From the NCBI GenBank assembly GCA_976551045.1, contig CDPCPM010000024.1, forward strand, positions 2,728,001 to 2,792,000: DNA of 64,000 bases, given 5' to 3'. The DNA is from Glaucostegus cemiculus (Eukaryota). Numbering within the stretch: position 1 is the stretch's first letter; each line of letters opens with the position of its first letter. A model generated the notes under the pieces. It searched no databases and had not been told where the DNA came from. It worked only from the letters and a program-made list of their open reading frames with translations. The translations under genes were made by a program, and so were the position numbers. This document shows positions 1-12,262 of the stretch, in pieces.

Positions 1-974
1 CTCCCGGGGAGCCACGGGTATCCACGGTGGCCGCAAATCCAGTGGGTCCCATTGAAATTTCAAAGAGCTCCCAGCTTAGCGGCACCATCGTTAGTGGTCA
101 CTCGGGCACCTGAATACCAGTTTCAGAAATGTCCCACCGTTTTCAATAAAATAAGTATATGTGTTCCTAGAAAGGAAATGAGTTGGATAAAAAGGTGACA
201 TTTACACGTAGGTAATGGGAACTGCACAAATACATTGCTAGAGAGATGTAGACATCCTGTACACAGTCACAGAGGAAGCTAATTCATATAATGAACTATG
301 TCGAGCAATGACAATTAACATGTGGAAACTTCTGCTAATATCACAGAAAAATTCAACACGATCTTGACCTGTTGGGCACACAAGTGTCAAGCCACAGGAG
401 AATCATTACTCCACGATTGTACGATGCACTACAATATCGGCATTTAACCCAACCCCGATATCATTATTGTAATGCAGCATAATTTATTAGTTTTCACTGG
501 CACCTCTCACTAGATCTAACATCAAAATCCGATATTCCACAGCATTCCATTCCGTGCAGAATGTTCATTTCTGAAACAGCTCGGGAAGTAGAGCTTTCTT
601 TTTCTACCAGAGTCCACTGAAGGTGCATACCTTGCAATTTCCAAGGAGTATAAAGACAATAATCGCCAATATGTGGTGAGAGCACTTTGTTATAATTTCT
701 TCAGCCTCATTGAGAACGTCTCAAGCTTTCCAATTTGCTGAATGTACAAGTCGCCACGAATTCATTTGGGTAAAACACATCTTCGATATTTGGTTGCAAT
801 TATACTACAATTAGACATAGAAAGCAAAAGGCAACCACAATTTGCTTTAAAATAAAATATTGTTGAGCCTCTAACGAAGTTGAGGGTTCTGTCGCCAAAA
901 CTGTGTTTGCCATTGTGCGAAAGGAAGGTATTCTCAGAACAGTCAAAGAACCGCTCTCCTCGCAACGGATTCAA

Positions 975-1383
975 TGTCACAAAGTTGATTGAAGAGCAAG
1001 TTCACAGAGAACCCAAATACGGCACATTGGTACAAGACTGGAGTCAGGATACTTCCTCAGGACGGGACACAGGCAATACTGAAAGGAAATCTTGCCTCGG
1101 AGATCTGAGTAGTAATCCCAACACAAACTGAATCTTCAAGCAGGACTAGAGAACACAGGACTGCTCTGGAGTCGCCCATTCTAAGCAGCTAGGAACCAAA
1201 CTGAATCTTCAAGGTTGACCAATCCTCCAGCAATTAGTGCGAGAGAAAACCGGGTACATATGCTAGTCCCCTGATGGGGCTGAGGTGTGTGTTATTATGC
1301 TATCAGTCCAGCATGGAATTCATCTGTTATACATCGACGTAACTAAGGAACCAAATCAAGGGCCAGTATTCAGAATCATGACA
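975..1383. mobile_element. Solo LTR-like insertion (409 bp)
   Basis: TGTCA...TGACA inverted termini; absent at the equivalent site in unit B (~12955); imperfect flanking duplication (ttcaa/attaa); internal direct repeat aaactgaatcttcaag. Confidence 0.65.
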
Positions 1384-2011
1384 ATTAATTTTCAACACTT
1401 GAGCATACCTTTGCATTTCTTACTACCGATGCAAAGATATTAAGAAGAGGCATACGTTCAATAGTGTATATCGCCTTACGATTTCAAGAAAAATGAGAAC
1501 CGGTTCTTCGTTTTCCTCTTTGCTTTCTCATATGTTTGGGTACTTGTAAGCAACAGGGAATATTTGCAGCAGAAGTTTCGCACCAGAAACAGGAATATTC
1601 TGCATGGATTTGAAGTGGTAAAATCCAATGTCGATACTGTTGGGCAGTACGCAGCCATGTGGAAGAAGATACACCGTACTTCGAGATTGTGTTTGGGCTC
1701 ACCGTGGCGTGGGATAAGGCCGAGAACAGAGACATCAGTTTTGGAATGCAAACAGAGATTCAAATGACATGCAAAACAGTCAAACAGAAGGAAGCAGGAG
1801 AGAACCTGGAAAAGAAATTAGGACGATACGTAAAGAATTGTATTCGTACATTAGGTGCAAGGGTACAGCCCGGGAAAGCAATTACTAATCAAGGATAAAG
1901 GACAACATTTATTCGAGGCGCTCAAGAAGTAACAGCAGTGTTCATGAATACGTTGTATCAGCATTCACTACTGAAAAAGTCATGGATGATGGTGGGATAA
2001 TAATTGATATG

Positions 2012-2275
2012 TTACTACCATTGGGGAGGAGAGGATGTTCACGATCCAGAAGACCCACTTTCAACTTTTCAGGGACAGGATCTTTCCTTTCTGTCTAGAT
2101 TTCTGAACTGTCCATGAAGCCATGAACACCATCCCGTTATTGCTTTTTTTGCACAAATTAGTTTTATTTGTAATTTACTGAACAATGTTTTCCTTTATGT
2201 GCTTCACTGTACTGCTCGCCCAAAATAATAAATTTTATGACATATTTCAGTGATAATAAACATGATTATGTTTCC
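2012..2275 (+). mobile_element. Rex1/Babar-like LINE 3' fragment
   Basis: Degenerate LPSGRR...FRDSFFP-type C-terminal coding end followed by gtgataataaac..gatt tail; paralog at ~13588-13843. Confidence 0.55.
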
Positions 2276-2289
2276 AATGTTCTGTGGCA

Positions 2290-3655
2290 TGTCTATATCA
2301 TGACGGTGAGGGTGTCAGATGTATTGAAAACAAATAAATATGTATAAACTTCCAGGACCTGAGGCATTTATACCAGCAGACTGAGGATGGCAACTGAGAA
2401 ACTGCTGGGCTTTTAAATGATTTTTTATATCTTCCTTTGCTGCAAACAGGGGCCCAGAGCACTGGAGAATTGCCAATTGTGATATTTTGTTCAAGACGTG
2501 CAGGAACAATATTCTTGGGACTGATCACCAGGTTTGGTAGTTAAACGACTGGAGATGATTCTCAAGGACAGGATTTACACGGATGTGGGAAATCTTGGCC
2601 TTATTAAGAACAAACGGGATGTCTTTGTCTGGAAACAGCTTGCCATTCAATTTTATGAAGAAGTGAGAAAAACAATTGGCAAAGGTTTGGGCACTAGAGC
2701 TTGCTGCATGGACTTGAGTAAAGCTCTTGACGATGTTCACTGTGTTATGCTAGTTCAGAAGATTAAGTAAATGGAATTCAGCTGGCGAATGCGATCTGCT
2801 GCAAGTTTTGGTGGTGTGAAATTCGAAAAGGAGGATTACAACGACACATGTGAAGTGACGGATTTTCGGAGGGAAAACTACAAGAGGAAGGAATACAGTA
2901 AATGGCGGGATCCTTTGGTACATTATGCATGGTACGATCCTCGGATGCAGGATCTCAGCTCCTTGAAAGCAGCAACGCAAGTGAATAGTGCGGTAAAGAT
3001 GGCGCATGAAATTGATGTCTTGGTCACGGTACTCCAGGTGTGTTCTGACCCACTATTTTTATCCAGCTATATTATGCCTTGCAAACGTTATACTGAATGT
3101 CCCGACATATGCCATACTGTGTGCACTTCTGCTTGTCACATTACAGTAAGAATGGGGAGGATCTGTCGGATAGGTACACCGGGATATCGACCATACTAGA
3201 CTGCATAAGGGAAAATAAGAGGTTGGACAGATTTCTGTTTAATTTTTTCTGGAGCGTCTACGGATGAAAGACATCCTGAGAGAGATATAATACTTACGAG
3301 ATGCATCTGCAGAGAAGAAAACCAGTGTCTTTATTTTTCGTCCCAGTGTCGAAAGGTCATTCACAAGAAGGCATAGGTTTAATGCGGGAGGAGGGAAATT
3401 TTTTATGGGATTTGCGAGGCAAGTTTTGTTTTACAGAGGAAATGTAAGTGACTGGATCACTCTGCCAGTGGACGTGGTGGAAACAAATTGGAAAAGATGT
3501 TCAGAGGCACTTATACAGACACACGAAGAGAAAGTGGATACTGTGATACGAACCATGTGCAGCAAGACGGGTTATATTTTAGATTAGCACTCTGGTTAGC
3601 AAGGACACGATAGGCAGAAGCACCTATTCCTGTGCAGTAATGATCTTTGTTATTT
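2290..3655 (+). mobile_element. Degraded CR1 LINE fragments
   Basis: ORF2-like remnants (LEMILKDRIY...MDLSKALDDV; LKAATQVNSAVKMA) and a CR1-type 3' end; paralog at ~13860-15200. Confidence 0.6.
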
Positions 3656-4142
3656 GGAGTAACTCACTTAAAGAGAATGTCAGTGTTTCGGTATCTTGTT
3701 CAATTAATCTGATGTTCTTTACTTCAACATACAAACAACTCTCAATTGAGTACCATGTGCAGAATCACAGGTCAAAACTCTTCGATTTTGTTTGGTTAAA
3801 ATTTCGCTGACAAAGTATCTGTACAGTTATATGAAATTGCATTGGATTTTACCTGTATCTGAATAGATTTTCAACGGACTTGTAACAAATGTTCCGCCAA
3901 GTAATTTAAATTTTGTCCGATGAAAGAGAATAGAAAGCTACACTTTGCGTATTTAATAAAAAAAAACTAAGTGCACTCTTTTCATAAATAATGCTTTAAA
4001 GGAAATCTTAAGGAATAATTCGGCCTCTAACTCGTATTGTTCTCAACTGAGAAATGCATGCTATGTCATTTCTGATCCTGCGTCAAAAATAGCCATGATC
4101 GGCAGCAGTAAACAAAACGCGGCTTTCTCAGAGGGATCAGGA

Positions 4143-4210
4143 GACTGGATAATTCCAATCATTTTCTTGTGCTCATTCTTCCATGGAGGCTTTGCTCACA
4201 TACACATAAG
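4143..4210 (+). promoter_or_regulatory. Conserved proximal promoter of copy A
   Basis: GACTGGATAATTCC at 4143, TCCATGGAGG at 4180, degenerate TATA position TACACATA at 4201, 78 bp before ATG 4279; same spacing as in paralogs. Confidence 0.55.
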
Positions 4211-4278
4211 ACATACATTTAAATGCAAGAGATCTGCACATCTGTCCCACGCACCAGAAACGTGGCCTGTCTCCGATT

Positions 4279-4348
4279 ATGCAGTTTGCTTTAAAGTTAC
4301 TGACTGAATTCATTTACTACCATATTCTTGTCCTAATTGGCGTTCCTG
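4279..4348 (+). CDS. GPR139-like GPCR copy A, coding exon 1
   Basis: ATG...MQFALKLLTEFIYYHILVLIGVP+G, then GTAAG donor at 4349; 70 nt, phase 1, same structure as copies B, C and F. Confidence 0.85.
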
Positions 4349-5235
4349 GTAAGCTCGTTATAGAATTTTGTAATAGAAATATTACTCTATGTTTTACTTG
4401 TTACCTATTTTCGAAAATGCTAGAAAATGTTTCAGGTTTCTTCCAAATTGGTAATACAAATATCCAACTGGAAAAAATATTGCTCCGGACTTTGAACATT
4501 ACGGCTTTAGATGAATCAGCTTCCGTATGTGAGTCGCCCTTGAAATTTATTGCATAATCATTCAAACAAATGCATGACTAGATTGTTGAAATTTGCTCCC
4601 CGAAGCAGAAAATTGTGGTTTCCACGTTTCCAAAACTAACAAAAGGAAATTTGTTCTTCGCAAACGATGAATGTTCTTTGCTAATGACAGTTCGTCCCTT
4701 TCTCTATCCTTCAAACAAATCTAATCAATTCGCCGCGCTGAGTCCCTCCAGTGCATTGTTTGCTGTTCCACTTCCCAGCATCTGCAGTCTCGCGTCTCCA
4801 AACCTAATAATCTGTCCGCGTACGTGAAAGAGCAGACGAATACAAAGGTCATAAAGAACGCTCATCCCGCCAACACCGGGCCACGAAGACGTTCGCCGTT
4901 TGCACTCATCCACGCAGCTGGATGGATGATTGCAAACGACATTATCGCTCATAATCCGATCAGTTTGCATTTTATTCTACTGAAAATCAGGACTACCTTT
5001 CCAAGCATCGTCTTGTCGTGCATACTCCAAGGTGGCTTTGCTGCAATCTATTTTAAAATTTCTACCTGCAGCAGGAGATAGGTGGACATCCTGTACACCA
5101 TATGCCATTGCCAGCCTAACCCATTGACTCTCGGTAACTGCAAAGGGTTCGGTTACTCTCCAGACCGACACCCTTCATGCTGAAAGTTAGAAAGTAATTT
5201 TGTCATTTCTCGATATACAAACGAACGGCGGCATA

Positions 5236-5385
5236 NNNNNNNNNNNNNNNNNNNNNNNNNNNNNNNNNNNNNNNNNNNNNNNNNNNNNNNNNNNNNNNNN
5301 NNNNNNNNNNNNNNNNNNNNNNNNNNNNNNNNNNNNNNNNNNNNNNNNNNNNNNNNNNNNNNNNNNNNNNNNNNNNNNNNNNNNN
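5236..5385. other. Assembly gap (150 N) in the intron of copy A
   Basis: Run of n. Confidence 1.
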
Positions 5386-6334
5386 ATAAATACAATAATG
5401 GCTCTGGGGAAACCTTCATATACGACCGTTCTTTCATAACGCTAATGCACATGGTAGTTTCCTCGCTCGCACTGCAATCAATGGTAGTATTTATTCGGCG
5501 TAACATTCCAAAACATTCCAAGCATTTTATTCATGGCATTTTCCGAGAATGACACAATTCCAGGAGAAGTTTAATTTTAATTTGTATTATGCTCGCTCCC
5601 AATGTTTGTTTGAAAGTGGCAATTATACCATATGACACTGACTCATACATGCAGTCGACGGAGTCACGATATTAAGTTGAGTTTAAAATCTGGGCTTAAA
5701 CTATTTCTTGACAGCCTTCTGTAAACGTAAGTATATTTGAAAAAGGAAAGAAAAATACATTTGCATAAAATAAAAACAAAATATGAGAAACTGACAAGCC
5801 CAGGTCTGTGCTAATTTGATCTGGCTTCCAAATGGCAACAATTCAACTGATTCAGAAGCGTCCGTCTAGAGATTTCGGAGAGAATTGGAGCTGAGTTTCT
5901 GCCAGCTGTCTGAACGTATTCTGCTGAGTCGCCAAAGCTGGGAACTTTAAATATCCTTGGATTGAAATTCGACCTCATATTATAGAGAAACTTTCTATAC
6001 TTTCAGTAGTTGAGATGAAGATGACACTTTTATAGTATATCTGCGTGAGCATCACATTACGCGGTTTAGGATGCGCTTCGTGCAACTGCAAGAGGTTTTG
6101 GGCACTGCAGCTGATCTCGCCGTAGGGGACAACTGTTAGGTTGCAAATGTATATTTGCACGAATTCAGAATCTGTACGCAATCTAGCGGATCTGAGAGGG
6201 CGACGTTCTCTGTACCTGATCCATCAGATGTATTCCAGTTATCAGTTTCATCTCCTAAAACTCGCCCAGGTTGAAAGATGGTAAGGCGAGCTGGGATTTC
6301 TAAATCAAGTAACCTTGAAGTGCTGAATTGGTGT

Positions 6335-6885
6335 AGGACATAGAACGCTGCAGCGCGGTACAGGCTCTTCGACCGAGAATGTTGTGCCGACATTTTATCC
6401 TGCACTGAGATCTATCTAATCCTTGCCTCTCACACAGCTCCCCATTTCTGTTTCATGCATGTATCTATCTCAGATTCTTTTAAATATCCAAAATGTATCT
6501 GCCACGCAACCTCTGCAGGTAGTGCATTCCACGTACCTATCACTCGCTCTGTAAACAAAAATGTACCCGTGGCATCCCCATTATACTTTCCTCTCATTAC
6601 CTTAAAATTAATCCCCTCGTGTTGCCATTGCCGCCCTGAGGAAAATGTCTCTGACTCTCCACTCGATCTATGCCTGTTATCGTCTTGTACTCCTCTCTCA
6701 AGTCACCTGTCATCCTCCTTCTCTCCAAAGAGAAAAGCCCGAGCTCACTCAACCTATCCTCTTCAGTCATTCTCTCCAATACAGGAAACATACCTGTACA
6801 TCTCCTCTGTAATCACTGTAAAGCTTGCACATCCTTCTTATAATAGGGCAAGCAGAACTAAACACAATTATCCTGAAATATCCTG
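6335..6885 (-). mobile_element. CR1 LINE 3' fragment
   Basis: Minus-strand ORF EDRLSELGLFSLERRRMTGDLREEYK is the CR1 ORF2 C-terminus; catagaac tail; absent from unit B. Confidence 0.8.
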
Positions 6886-7289
6886 AAATATTTCATTCTT
6901 ATATTTTTCAGCTAGATTTCGACAACTTTGCAGTTACCAGAGATATTGTCAACAATTCATCAGGATTCCTGCTGTTTATTCTGTGCTATGAGGATATTAC
7001 GTTGAGCTGATGCTAACTATCCTTTGTCTATGTTGTGCCTGTCTAAAACAAGAATACATAGGTCATAAGAAAGCCGTAACAGGGTTATGAGGGATATGAG
7101 GTTGTATTTCTGAACAATCGGAGAGTTTACAGTCTACAACAGTTACCAGAGATTGCGTTGGAAGCAGCTACTCTCACAGCCTTTCAGAAGCATCTCGCAC
7201 AGCCATTATAATCGCAAAGAAACAGAAAGCTGAAAAAAAACGACGACAAAGATGAGTAGTAACAGTAAGTGCAAAGGTCCCCATAGTAT

Positions 7290-7706
7290 GGAAGATCTAA
7301 TGCACAGATCGCATGAAGCTGCACAGTATTGCGGAATCAGACGGTCCCTCACGGGCACAACTCTCCCCTCCATCGAGGACATCTTCATAGTGCGGTGCCT
7401 CAAGAAGGCATCAACATCATTGAGGACGCTCACCAACCGAGACATACCCTGTTTCAATATTACCATCTGGAAGGAGGTACAGGAGCCTAAAGACCAAACC
7501 CAATGTTCCAGGAACAGTTTTTTCTCCATCGTGATCAGATTTCTGAACGGTCCATGTCCCATAAACTCGATCTCGTTATTCATCTTTTGTACTATTTCCT
7601 TTATTCTTTTGTTCAGTTCTTGTCAATGTTATATCTTCAATGAACTGCTGCCGCAAAACAACAAACATCACGACGTATGTCAGTGAAATTCAATCTGACT
7701 CTGATC
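7290..7706 (+). mobile_element. Rex1/Babar-like LINE 3' fragment
   Basis: TGTTLPSIEDIF..RCLKKA and SRNSFFS motifs, tctgactctga tail; paralog at ~18420-18795. Confidence 0.7.
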
Positions 7707-7830
7707 GTTTTGAAGAAATGTGATTGATGAATAATCAATCAAATTAAATACACATTGTTATAAAAATGTGATTTAGTTGCTATTCATTTCGAATTAACAT
7801 ATGCTTCCTGCATTTTCTCTCCGATTACAG

Positions 7831-8736
7831 CTAATATGGTGACAATCTCAATCCTATCATCTGGAAAATGCGGCCACTCCAAATGCATCACCCAGTATCT
7901 ATTGTGGATGGCTGCAGCTAATCTAATGCATTTGATCGTTAGCGGAATACTTTATCGGATATTCGACCAGTACTTTCCATATTCATTTCTCCATTACACT
8001 CCTGTTTGCAGTCTTAATCTTGCCTTTATTTATGTTTCTATTGAGTGCTCTGTTTGGCTAACTGTGGCACTTACCTTTGATACATATGTTGCAATTTTTC
8101 ACCAGTCATTACGAACAAAATATTGTACTGAAAAAAAGTGCAAGCATCGTTATAACAGTGGTTTGTTGCACAGGTGTTTTGCAAAATATTCTAGTGTACT
8201 TCGTGTTTGAACGTCGAGAAGAAGTTAACAAAATGCCATGGTTCTGCAGAGTAAAATCAAGCTTCGACATCTTACCGACTTGGGCTGCATTCCTCTGGTT
8301 GGAAACTATATTAACGCTATTTTTGCCATTTCTGTTGATCCTCCTGTTCAATGCGTTGACTATAAGGCATATTATACTGGCGAACAGTGTCAGAAGAAAA
8401 CTCCGAGAAAGCAACACTGAAAAGAGGCAGACAGATCAAGAGATCGAAAACAGAAGGAAATCCATAATCTTACTACTCGCAATATCTGGAAGTTTCATTT
8501 TGTTATGGGTGGTAAATTTTGCCAGCTTCATCGCTTTCTATTTTACAGATAATCAATTGATGAACTCCGAGGATGATGATACTTTCACGATTGTAGAAGA
8601 AGTTGGTTATCAGTTAAGATTTTTAAGTACCTGCACAAACGCATTCATTTATGGTGCCTCCCAAAGCTGCTTCAGAGAGGAAATGAAAAAAATGATCAAA
8701 CGTCCTCTTGTCTTAATTGCAAAAATATTCAAATAG
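7831..8736 (+). pseudogene. GPR139-like GPCR copy A, exon 2 (frameshifted; ~324 aa if repaired)
   Basis: Acceptor ttacag|CT AAT ATG. ORFs 7836-8210 and 8077-8736 join if the A7 run at 8131-8137 is A6 as in copy B. 7TM motifs SVWLTVA and STCTNAFIY are present; DRF has become DTY. Confidence 0.85.
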
Positions 8737-9420
8737 TTCGGAACAGCAAACAATCTAGCCCGGAGTAGATGTTGTTTAATTGCTGATCAGAAATTCAAAC
8801 GCATTAATCCCCAAAACACAAATACATGACGGCATACCTTTTGCCAAATCTATGTGTGATCGATTAACTGTTTTTCAATATTGTACTTGAGCTTTCCCAA
8901 ATCATGCATAACGTATGAAAACATCTCTATCTGAAATATAATAGCGGAGACAATCAGCTTTGCTGATTTTAAAAGTGGAGTTCTATAGACCAGTTTAGTT
9001 TGTTGCAGAGATTATCCAATCTGTCTGGGCGAACCTTGTTACTTTAACCATGATGGAAAAATGCGAACACATAACTGGTTGTGGAATATTCCTTGGAACG
9101 AAAAAAATAGCAACAATGTTTTCACTCGATGACCTCTCATCATAACTTAGAATTGTTGGAAATTAAACGTTCTTTGAGAAGAGAGGAAATCCTTTGCCGA
9201 TAAAAAAAAAATGCATGAGAATGCAGTGACGAATATAAACTGAATGGCATCTGTGTTTTCTGTGTTTTCCGACAGAGGGTTACAAAAAGTGCTGGTTATC
9301 ATATCTGATTGCTCCGGAGAGTGTGGTGACTTGGAAACAGAACGAATGTGGTGCTGCGCAATTTGAATATGAAATACGGATAAAAGTTAAACATAAAGGA
9401 GGACAATTGTATAGTCAGAA

Positions 9421-12262
9421 TTTCGAAGCCTCCTTGAGATTCTGAGTGGAATTGTGACGATACAATCTACTTATCTCCCAGCTCATAAACTAACTGTTGA
9501 AATATCCCTTACATTATATTTCTTCCTTGATCAGATTGCATTTAGTTCGGCAAACCAAATAAGGTGAAAAATTTTAAAAGAGCCTTTCACACAGTCTTGG
9601 CTTCAATATCCCTGGTATTACCTCGGGAAATATATTTGTTGTACAAATGATGGTCAACAAATACTGATTCCCTGCCTTGGTCTTTGGCAATGGGCCAACA
9701 CAATCCACAATTACCTTTGAAAAGCATTCACCAAATGCAAGAATAGTCAGTAATGGAGGCATAAGGGGTTTCGGTTTACCTGCCATTTGACATGTGTGAC
9801 AATTCCCACAAAATATTACCAATCCTTTCTCGCACCAGGCCAAGAGAATCGTTTAAAAACCTTCTTTACCGTTGTTTTCACATTAAGGTGATTACCTGAA
9901 GGCATACGATGGGCCAGGCAGAAAATCTCATTGCTGAATTTCGGGGATCACAACCTGATAAACAACTGCACATTCCTCACTAACAGGAACATCAGGAGTT
10001 TTCCACTTCAACATTAACACTCCATTTTTGAAATAATATCCAACTGGCACGTTCGCAATCTCATCAATTGAGAGTGTTTTTTTTTTATCTCAATACAGCG
10101 AGCTCAGCGTCTTTGGCCTACTTCATCCTAAGCTCTTTTCTGGATAGAGACAAATCTTTACACTCTGACTCGACACAAGTACTTTGGTCCACAAGTGAAG
10201 AAAGAAAAATCTCTGACAAATCATCATCATTATTTGAATCTAGTTTTAGGCTGCAACAGCGAATAAATAGCAGGCTGCACAGAACCATCTGCATTGGCTG
10301 GATTCAGAGCTTATCTCGAGTCACTGCACCGGATGGATAAACATCGGAATCGATCTTTAACTCATCAATAATCGGTTTGTTCGTTAGCGGCACCGCAGGG
10401 AAAAATTTACCACCTGCAAGTGCATTCCCTAATAACAAACAAACTCTTTCTACTGGTATACGAGGTCGTTGTCCTATTTTAATAAGTCCTTCTACTAACT
10501 CTGACTTGAAAATACCTTGTGCAGTTGTATAGGCACAATGTCTGCTGTAATGCATCGAACTAGCTTTCCCTCACCAGTGGCAGTATTGTCAACAAACTTC
10601 AAAATATTGTCCAACAAGAGGGACTGCAAGGTCTCAGTAACCCGAAGGATTTTCACAGGCAACAAGTGTGTCCCATTTTTACGAAAACGAAACCCTCTGA
10701 CACAAAAGAATGAAATTTATCCCTAACTCCTTCCAACGTCTCAGAATTTGCCTCCATAGAGGACTGAGATTTATCAGCATGTCCAGATCCCCTTCGGTTT
10801 TTAATTGTTTCAACTGTTTGCAAACAAGCATCTGGCACTGCCTCCTTTTCCTTCCTTTTCTTCAGGAGGGAAAAATTAGCTAAAACATGACCACGTTTCT
10901 TACAAAAATAACACGGACAATCAGCAGGTGTCTCTAATACTTGCTTCCGATTATTTTTGCCCTACATACTACGTCCCAATTTGATTTCTGGTTCACCTGA
11001 ATTATCCACACTACTCTTCTGGAAGGTCTCAGTTTGTCCCATTTTATATTTGCGAGTTAAAGCAAACTCAGTAGCTGACTCAGCATCTTCGAGCAATGTT
11101 TCCAATTCCTTCTCATATAAATGTGTTTGTAAGTCATTCTGGACACACCTTTTAACTTTTTCCACAAAAATCAACTCTTTCAATCTTTGATAATCCTCAT
11201 TTGTACTTTGATAGTGCACCATTTCAAAACGCAAACTCTATTCGCTAGCAAACACCATTTCAGTCTGGTTCACATATTTCTTCAGATTCCTGAAATTTGG
11301 CTGTACGCTTCAGCAACCAATTCAGAAAAGCTAGGCACAGCCTGTTTTATTGTATCATAGTCAGCCGCCTCACTAACGGATAGGGCAAAATAACCATGTT
11401 GCGCTTTACCTCTTATTACACTTAGTAACATAAGAGACCAACTGCAAAGTGGCCACATTTAACTCTGAGCATTTTGTTTTCAGAATATTGAAAATACTGA
11501 TCAAGCTGATCTTGCTCAAATGGAGGGACTAATCGAACCTCCCTGCTGGCCATAAGGTTACCACCATAAACATAAACAAAACCCCCACGCTTCGTCATTT
11601 CTAACTCATGCTGCCGTTCTTACTCCTGTTCCTCCGCCTCTAAAATTATCTTCTGCACTTGCACCTCCAGCTTCCTGACTTCTATATCTAGTCTACTTTC
11701 TTCTGTCTCAGTCTCTATCTTCTTTTCTTCTAACTGAATCTGGGCCATCTTCACCTGTACCTCAGAGATCTGATTACACCGGAGGAAAATGTTCTAACAT
11801 GCTCTTATCAAACACCCTCTCATCCTCATAATATGCAACTATCAGTCTTGGAATATCTGGCTCTTTCATAGATCGCTTTGCTGCTTCAAGTTTTAACGTT
11901 CTGGCAACGCTCAACAACTCTTCCTTCCACGCCCTGTGCGATCCAACAAGTGTTCGTGATTCCATTATGCATCAACATCCATGGCTGCTGGTTTTCGCAC
12001 ACACTAGCCAATCAAAAGGAAATGTATCAGATGAATAATCTCCAAGTTGTTTCAAACACAGACCGCTTGTACCGCTCTTGAGTTCCATCCCGGACGAGTC
12101 CTCAATTATTACAGTTTGAATTAATTATTCAATTATTACACTTGTATTATTACAGTTATAGAAGCTTGCTTCTCCCACTCCCAGCAATCATACAAAACCA
12201 CACACACTACCGTACAGGTGCCTTAAAGGGACACTCACCAAGTAGCAACCTGGCTCGTAACA
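9421..12262 (-). mobile_element. Truncated Gmr1-like Ty3/Gypsy LTR retrotransposon (5' LTR remnant, PBS, gag with zinc knuckle, protease, integrase)
   Basis: Minus strand: TGTTACG LTR start at 12262; gag; CYFCKKRGH knuckle (~10890-10918); protease-like ILRVTETLQSLL and LLLGNALAGGK; integrase CHTCQMAGKP, VDCVGPLPKTKAGNQYLLT, QSDQGRN, SSQFHSESQGGFE ending ~9421. Many stops and frameshifts. Confidence 0.85.
12087..12104 (-). promoter_or_regulatory. Primer-binding site complementary to the tRNA-Pro 3' end
   Basis: Minus strand reads TGAGGACTCGTCCGGGAT, 16/18 match to the canonical PBS-Pro TGGGGGCTCGTCCGGGAT, immediately inside the LTR remnant. Confidence 0.8.

Larger units (their letters stand above)
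284..9420 (+). repeat. Segmental duplication unit A (paralogous to 12266-20565)
   Basis: tcatataatgaacta...tcgagca at 284 recurs at 12266. Collinear homology (roughly 75-80% by eye) includes shared TE fragments, promoter, both exons and 3' flank, up to aaggagga...tgtata.tcagaat (9420 / 20565). Confidence 0.85.

Noticed and set aside
8128-8140. A_AAA_AAG heptamer at the frameshifts of copy A (and copy C, 31703-31710) as a programmed -1 ribosomal frameshift site
   Set aside because: The downstream coding frame is +1, so a -1 slip would not restore it; no stimulatory structure is evident.
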